Program-made: the position numbers and the translations under genes
Origin: Octopus vulgaris
Taxonomy: Eukaryota
DNA: 64,000 bases
Direction of reading: 5' to 3'
Assembly (NCBI GenBank): GCA_951406725.2
Contig: OX597841.1
Span: 16,740,001 to 16,804,000 of the forward strand
Notes under the pieces: generated by a model
The model's input: the letters and a program-made list of their open reading frames with translations, nothing else
What the model was told of the DNA's origin: nothing
Databases searched by the model: none
Shown here: positions 56,572 to 64,000 of the stretch, in pieces
Layout: every line of letters starts with the position of its first letter
Numbering within the stretch: the stretch's first letter is position 1

Positions 56572-57447
56572 CATATACATACATATATGTATGTACAGAC
56601 ATACGTAAATACACACATGTGTATGTATATATATATATATATGTGTGTGTATGTCTATATATGTGTGTGTATGTATGTATATATATATATGTGTGTGTGT
56701 GTATGTCTATATATATGTGTGTATGTATATATATATGTGTGTGTATGTATATATATGCGTGTGTGTGTGTGCGTATAGTTGTATGTATGAATATCTGATA
56801 TCTATGTATATGTAAGTATTTATTTCATATATATTATGCGTGTGTGTGCGTACGCTTGTGAGCTCTCTTGCTCTTTGAAATCCACATGTATTTATACGTA
56901 TATATGCATGTATGTATATATGGTTAGAGAGTGAAATAAAGGTAGCCTCATATACACTTGCATTTCAATCTAAGTAGACACACATGCACAAAAACATTCC
57001 TACTTACATCCTTATGCCTGTGAGTATTATATATATGTGTATATACACACATATATATGTGCAGATATATATATATATGTATATATATGCATATATATGT
57101 AATATATATGTATATATATATAGATGTGTATATATATATATATATATATGCATATATATGTAATATATATGCATATATATAGATATATATATATGTATAT
57201 ATATATAGATGTGTATATATATATATATATGAATATTTTAATAAGAACATATATGAATGAACATGTGTGTATGTATATGTATGTATATATTTATATGTAT
57301 ATATGAAAGCATATACGTACTTATGTATAAAATGCATATATATATGTATAAGCAAATATATATATGTATATATATGCATGTATGTATATATGTATATATA
57401 TGTATATATATATGCATTTATATATATGTATATATATATATATATGC

Positions 57448-57491
<44 letters not shown>

Positions 57492-57862
57492 CTATATATA
57501 TATATATATACTAATATAGTGACGCACATAAGGACTTCACCATTTATACGAAAGTGCCTTGTCAGAGAATCCTCTCCAGAAAATCGATTAAAAGAGCCAA
57601 CCAGATTGTAACACGAAGGCTATGTTAAGTAAAATTTTGACAGCCGATAACGAAAACAAAATGGCGGCCACCTTCCCGACCAGCAACCTGGAATAAACAC
57701 GTGACATTTCCAGCCACCGAACATGTAGTGTGTTTGCTAGAAATATAAACCTGGTCTGCCCTCAACTTACACCCACTGTCTTTTTAATGAGATTGTTTGT
57801 GTTAACTTCGCTGTTGCAGTAGTAGTAGTTGTAGTAGTAGCAGCAGCAGCGGATGTAGTGAC

Positions 57863-57906
<44 letters not shown>

Positions 57907-58277
57907 ATTGGGACGGAGATATGAAATACTTTGCAGCCAAAAAAGGGAGGTTGGCCTAAACTCGAAGATAAAACTGAGGGACCAAAACTCCCCTATGAAA
58001 TGCAGCAAGATTTCTCAATGAGAAAATACTTGACGTGATATGCTTGCATCCTAAAATTTGTCCACTCGTATGCTGGCTGGATGGCTAGGTCGATAGATGG
58101 ATGGTTTGACAGATCGATGGATGGATGGATAGATAGATCGATACATACATACATAGACAGTTGGTAGTTATGTAGATAGATAAACAGATAGAGGGTTAGT
58201 AGGTACGTTAGTAGATAGATAGATACACAGGTAGATAGACAGAAAGACAGGTAGATAGATAAATATATAGACAGGTT

Positions 58278-58455
58278 GTACATATCCCAGGGCCCCAATA
58301 ATTACAGGTATAAACCTGAACTTGTAACCTGGATAGAGTAACAGCAGATTTCTCAATAGTTCAGCATAGGTATTCTCTTTTTCACTGATCTTCAGCTTTA
58401 TGTTAATATCCACTGGACAGCCGATTTCCACAACTGTACACAATTTCCCTTCTCT
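58278..58455 (-). mobile_element. Restriction-like endonuclease (REL) domain fragment of an R2/R4(Dong)/NeSL-type non-LTR retrotransposon
   Basis: [34 protein letters not shown]...KFRFIPVIIGALGYV fits the REL pattern (E...P...K..KY...P..IGALG). Confidence 0.8.
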
Positions 58456-58498
58456 ATTATGTATGTATGTAATAATTCAGTATTTCAAGATTTCTTGC

Positions 58499-58499
<1 letters not shown>

Positions 58500-58558
<59 letters not shown>

Positions 58559-58955
58559 ATGTATGTATGTATGTACATATGTGTGTATGGAAGAAATAGC
58601 TACCAAACCTCTCACTTATGTATGTATGTATGTATGTGTATGTATGTATGTGTATATATGTATGTATGTATGTATGTGTATATATGTATGTATGTATGTA
58701 TGTGTATATATGTATGTATGTATGTATGTGTATGTATGTATGTATGTTTGTGTATGTATGTATGTATGTTTGTGTATATATATATGTATGTATATATGTA
58801 TGTATGTATGTTTGTATATGTATGTATGTATGTTTGTATATATATATGTATGTATGTTTGTATATATAATATATATATGTATGTATGTTTGTATATATAT
58901 ATATATGTATGTATGTTTGTTTGTATATGTATGTATATATATGTATGTATGTTTG

Positions 58956-58986
<31 letters not shown>

Positions 58987-59047
58987 GTATATATATATAT
59001 ATATGTATGTATGTTTGTATATATATATATATATGTATGTATGTTTG

Positions 59048-59078
<31 letters not shown>

Positions 59079-59079
59079 G

Positions 59080-59110
<31 letters not shown>

Positions 59111-59111
59111 G

Positions 59112-59142
<31 letters not shown>

Positions 59143-59143
59143 G

Positions 59144-59176
<33 letters not shown>

Positions 59177-59237
59177 GTATATATATATATATATGTATGT
59201 ATGTTTGTATATATATATATATATGTATGTATGTTTG

Positions 59238-59306
<69 letters not shown>

Positions 59307-59307
59307 G

Positions 59308-59342
<35 letters not shown>

Positions 59343-59343
59343 G

Positions 59344-59378
<35 letters not shown>

Positions 59379-59379
59379 G

Positions 59380-59414
<35 letters not shown>

Positions 59415-59415
59415 G

Positions 59416-59452
<37 letters not shown>

Positions 59453-59453
59453 G

Positions 59454-59490
<37 letters not shown>

Positions 59491-59577
59491 GTATATATAT
59501 ATATATATGTATGTATGTTTGTATATATATATGTATGTATGTATGTTTGTATATATATATGTATGTATGTATGTTTG

Positions 59578-59634
<57 letters not shown>

Positions 59635-59795
59635 TTATTCAGTTTATTTCAATATTTCTTGCCAATAGAGACAGAACTGGTTTCTAACGTAGATCCAAGG
59701 CTCCTTCATTAGAATTTCAACATCAACAAGAGGGTAGTTTAGTATGTATGTATGTATGTATGTATGTATGTATGTATGTATGTACGTATGTATAG
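58500..59795. repeat. (TATG)n / GTATGTATGTTTGTAT(AT)n compound array with an embedded dispersed-repeat tail (59631-59742; partial copy 58468-58500)
   Basis: Periodic unit at 58860-59560; GTAAT.ATTCAGT..ATTTCAA.ATTTCTTGCCA occurs twice. Confidence 0.9.
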
Positions 59796-60384
59796 AAGGA
59801 TGGTTTAAGGGCTGGATATGTGAAAGACTTTCTTAAGCTCATCTATTTTGAAAAAGCGTTGTTCTCATAGAGAACGTGTCGTCAAATCAACCTCTGCTCT
59901 AGCATTTTCTCTCAGGAAATATATTCCCTGTTTCTTACGCTTTCCGCAACGGAGATTACGATTTTGCGTTAAATAGCTAAACAAACGAATATATGAATAA
60001 AGAAAAGAAACAGTGATGCAATATGCTCGAAGCATTTATAAAGTGTAAGTGGTGTAAATGAAAACAAACCCCTGTTAGGAAAGCAGGTGAAAAGTTATAA
60101 AAATATTATGAGAATGCCAAGAAATGAAAGCAAAGAAAAATTTTTTTGTTTTATTTGATTGAGTTATTCATTGATCGTATAACATTTCGGAAACATAACC
60201 CTATCAATTACTAGTAAGAATGAATTCAAGATGTTACGTTTATGTATTTTACGAATAAACATAAGATGATGGTTTATGGGGTGTCTATTTACATGTTCTG
60301 TGCTGTGTGTGTGTGTGTGTGATTAGTCAAATGACTGGAACAGGTAAAAGAATATATATATATTGCTAAATCCACAAGTCATTT

Positions 60385-60490
60385 TTATATTCTCTCGTGT
60401 TCTTTCTTCGTGTTCCTTTCTGCTGGAGAGCGTAGGCTCGAAACGTAAAAGACTTTCTATCCTTCCGGAGCGTCAAACTAATACACCTCT
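60385..60490 (+). mobile_element. Partial family H2 element with degenerate hammerhead core
   Basis: CTTT-CTGCTGG-A-GAGC-GTAG-GCTC-GAAA-CGTA-AAAG. Confidence 0.7.
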
Positions 60491-60803
60491 TACGAGGCGG
60501 AAAAATTTGTCAACAAACACCTGTGGGACTGGAACCCTTATCCCCCAAGATTCCGGCTTGCAAGGATAATTTACGTAGTATTTCTGCTGCTCTAACGGCA
60601 ATTCTGTGCTCGAAAAAATATTTTCTCGTTTGTATCGTACAATACACGTTTCGACGATTATAAAATCAAATGTTAATTTGCTTATGTTTGTGTATTAAAC
60701 AGTCACATATAGACCCTGAAACATAACCCTATCAATTACTAAAATCTTTACGAGTTAGAATAAACATAAGATGATGGTTTATGGGGTGTCTATTTACTTC
60801 TGG

Positions 60804-60838
<35 letters not shown>

Positions 60839-60980
60839 TTAGAAAATCTCTAAGAGGTGCAAGTAGTTATACTAAGAAATAATGTTCATTGCCATCTAAA
60901 TATGGCCGTTCGTAGAAACCGACGTTACTACCATTTTGTTTTTACCACAGGGGAAGCTTCCCCAGCTGGTCATCAACGTA

Positions 60981-61025
<45 letters not shown>

Positions 61026-61129
61026 GCTTTACTTAAAAGCATATTACTCTACCCCTGGTATTTGAGTACTCTCTTTTCCACATTTATGTTTCACATTTAT
61101 GTGTGTATATATATATATTGTTATATATA

Positions 61130-61460
61130 TTGTTATATTTCGGAATGGTCATTTTGCCAGTTTAGCCAATAAAAACACACGCACTATATATTTCGTGTTA
61201 TTTTGCTTCAGTGTTATTTATTTTTTACATTAATCTTAATCTTATTTCGGTCAGAGTTCTTTCGTCACACTCCTGTGACCTCATCAGTGGTCCTTTGTTT
61301 CGTTCTTTCTTATTTGTGTGTCTCTCCTTACTAACCGCCAGCCATTTGTATTTCTTTTAATGTAAAAAATAATATCACTGAAGCAAAATAACACCAAATA
61401 TATAGTGCGTGTGTTTTTATTGGCTAAACTGGCAATATGACCATTCCGAAATATAACAAT
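61130..61460. repeat. Inverted repeat (arms of about 100 bp, spacer of about 125 bp) enclosing a hammerhead-like motif
   Basis: TGTTATATTTCGGAATGGTCAT...TTTACATTAA vs TTAATGTAAA...ATGACCATTCCGAAATATAACA. Confidence 0.88.
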
Positions 61461-61677
61461 ATCTGTTTCAACACACGACTTCACATAAAAATTTCTTTTA
61501 TTCTTTTACTTGTTTGTCATTTGACTGCGGCCATGCTGGATCTATATATTTTTGCGCATGCGTTTATCCCTGCGCGCGCAGCTGGCTGTGTATAGCATTG
61601 TGTTAAAAACATTACAAATTCTTTACAGTTTTCTCTCGACCTATTCTAATGATACGGCATAGATCATTATCAAATAA

Positions 61678-62063
61678 GGAGGCGCAATGGCCCAGTGGTT
61701 AGGGCAGCGGACTCGCGGTCATAGGATCGCGGTTTCGATTCCCAGACCGGGCGTTGTGAGTGTTTATTGAGCGAAAACACATAAAGCTCCATGAGGCTCC
61801 GGCAGGGGATGGTGGTGATCCCTGCTGTACTCTTTCACCACAACTTTCTCTCACTCTTACTTCCTGTTTCTGTTGTACCTGTATTTCAAAGGGGCCGGCC
61901 TTGGCACTCTCTGTGTCACGCTGAATATCCCCGAGAACTGCGTTAAGAGTGCACGTGTCTGTGGAGTGCTCAGCCACTTACACGTTAATTTCACGCGCAG
62001 GCTGTTCCGTTGATTCGGATCAACCGGAACCCTCGTCGTCGTAACCGACGGAGTGCTTCCATC
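61678..62063 (+). mobile_element. SINE family C, full length with TSD
   Basis: TSD CATTATCAAATAA at 61665-61677 and 62064-62076. Confidence 0.95.
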
Positions 62064-62117
62064 CATTATCAAATAAATTTTTTAAAAAACGAGACAAAAC
62101 CCCCCAAGAAAACTTAC

Positions 62118-62216
62118 TCAAGATACCAGGGCGTGAGATCGAAACTGAGACAACCCCTTCTCCAAACGCCGGATTGCGTAACATATTTCTTCATCGTACA
62201 TCCACGATAACGGTTT
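62118..62216 (-). other. Candidate 99-nt spliced exon (unverified)
   Basis: Minus strand TTTATACAG|...CTTGA|GTAAGT; one frame open throughout. Confidence 0.25.
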
Positions 62217-62464
62217 CTGTATAAAGTTATTATTCAATGACAGCGCGATGGGAGAGATTTGACGATAAACACAACGGAAGATGAGCGAAGGACTTAGCAG
62301 ATTACCAAAGGGAATTGATGGGAAACACGCCAATGCAACGACGAAGAGAGGCTGGTAATTAATTAAATGGCGTAAGGCTGTTTTCCATAAAAGTATCAGA
62401 AACAAGGGAATTAACTCGCTAGCACACCACAACACACACAAACGGAAGAAAAAGCTCTGGACGA

Positions 62465-62556
62465 AATATGTGTGTGTGTGTGTGTGTGTGTATGAATGTA
62501 TTTATATATCTGCATATTTATGTGTATGTATATATGTATATCTATGAATGTATATG

Positions 62557-62587
<31 letters not shown>

Positions 62588-63111
62588 GAATGTATATGTA
62601 TGTATGTATATATATATATTTATGTATACATATATACGTGTGTGTGTGTATATGAATATATTTCTGTATAAATACGTGTATATATATGTATATATATATA
62701 TATATATGCATATATATATATATATACATACATACACATATGTATATATATGCATATATATATATACATACATACACATATGTATATATATGTATATATA
62801 TATACATACATACACATATGTATATATATGTATATATATATACATACATACACATATGTATGTATATATATGTATATATATATATACATACATACACATA
62901 TGTATATATATGTATATATATATACATACATACACATATGTATATATATGTATATATATATACATACATACACATATGTATATATATATACATACATACA
63001 CATATGTATATATATATATATATATATACATACACATATGTATATATACATATATATGTGTGTGTGTGCGTGCATATATATATACATATATATATATGTG
63101 TGTGTGTGTGC

Positions 63112-63150
<39 letters not shown>

Positions 63151-63172
63151 CATACACACACACATTAGTGTG

Positions 63173-63206
<34 letters not shown>

Positions 63207-63230
63207 ACACACACACATGTGTGCTTGTAT

Positions 63231-63264
<34 letters not shown>

Positions 63265-63280
63265 TTAGTGTGCTTGTATG
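62465..63280. repeat. TA/CA/TG compound microsatellite with unit ATACATACATACACATATGTATATATAT
   Basis: Directly visible. Confidence 0.95.
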
Positions 63281-64000
63281 TGATAATATCTGAAGGAGAA
63301 ATAAAAGGCATAGGAAAAGAAAAAGAAAAATGGATAGGAACAGATTATCTGTTACCTTGCTATCATATTATGTTGTTGTCGATTGGATGCTAAGGGAATT
63401 AAGCTCACTAGACAGGAAACTACAAAATTAATCACCTCATTTACAACACACTGCTTAAACTATGATACTTACCGATTATATTTACCATGAATTGAATGAG
63501 GCAGGAGCCTTTACACAAATGGACATCGACTGTTACATATCTGCGTTTGGCGTAAACGTATTTGTGTTGGTGAAGAGGCTCAACGAATTCGCTACATGTT
63601 CGTGCGCGCGGTATCCGGATCGTTCTCACAGAGAGGCAACTTAAGGAGGGGGTGTCTTCTACTATAGCCCCGGTAATGAAACTGGTATGCATGTATGTGT
63701 TTGTGTGTGTGTATACATTCGAAACACACTTTGAGTCGAACCAGGGACAGCTGATGAACGGGAATTTTCCTTGTATTTTTTGTCCTGTACTCTGTTTTTT
63801 CGTTGTTTATAAAAAGTCCGTTTCCTTGTTTGATTTTATGTTCTCGTCTCTCGTTGTGTTCTACGTTTATTTGTGGTGTCCTGTACTCATATATATATAT
63901 ATATGTATGCATGTATATATACATGTAGATGTAAGTATGTACATATATGTATGTATATATGCATATATTTTATTATTTATTATATATATATATATATATA

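Noticed and set aside
63750-63775. CTGATGA motif
   Set aside because: No downstream GAAA or stems

Overview
AT-rich eukaryotic non-coding DNA (intergenic or intronic), very probably from an octopus; this assignment is inferred from the SINE families and microsatellite load. No intact host protein-coding gene, rRNA, true tRNA or CRISPR array is supported, and nearly all listed ORFs are read-throughs of microsatellites or SINEs. The window is a mosaic of four tRNA-derived SINE families (here A-D), LINE 3' remnants (RTE x2, CR1 x2, an R4/Dong-like REL-endonuclease fragment), a Penelope-like (PLE) RT-thumb/GIY-YIG remnant, non-autonomous Helitrons, mariner-derived MITEs, and large simple or compound tandem repeats including a 5.3-kb TA/TATG block. 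The most notable signal is two related families of short (about 170-230 bp), (TA)n-anchored elements. Each carries a minimal type I hammerhead-ribozyme motif with a loopless palindromic stem III (ACGT) and compensatory stem I changes: 8 copies, plus two further hammerhead-like motifs. Also notable: minisatellites born directly from transposon coding sequence, an inverted young-SINE pair (candidate ADAR substrate), a near-perfect 108-nt hairpin, and one candidate 99-nt minus-strand exon. All coordinates were read by eye, and boundaries of degraded repeats are approximate.
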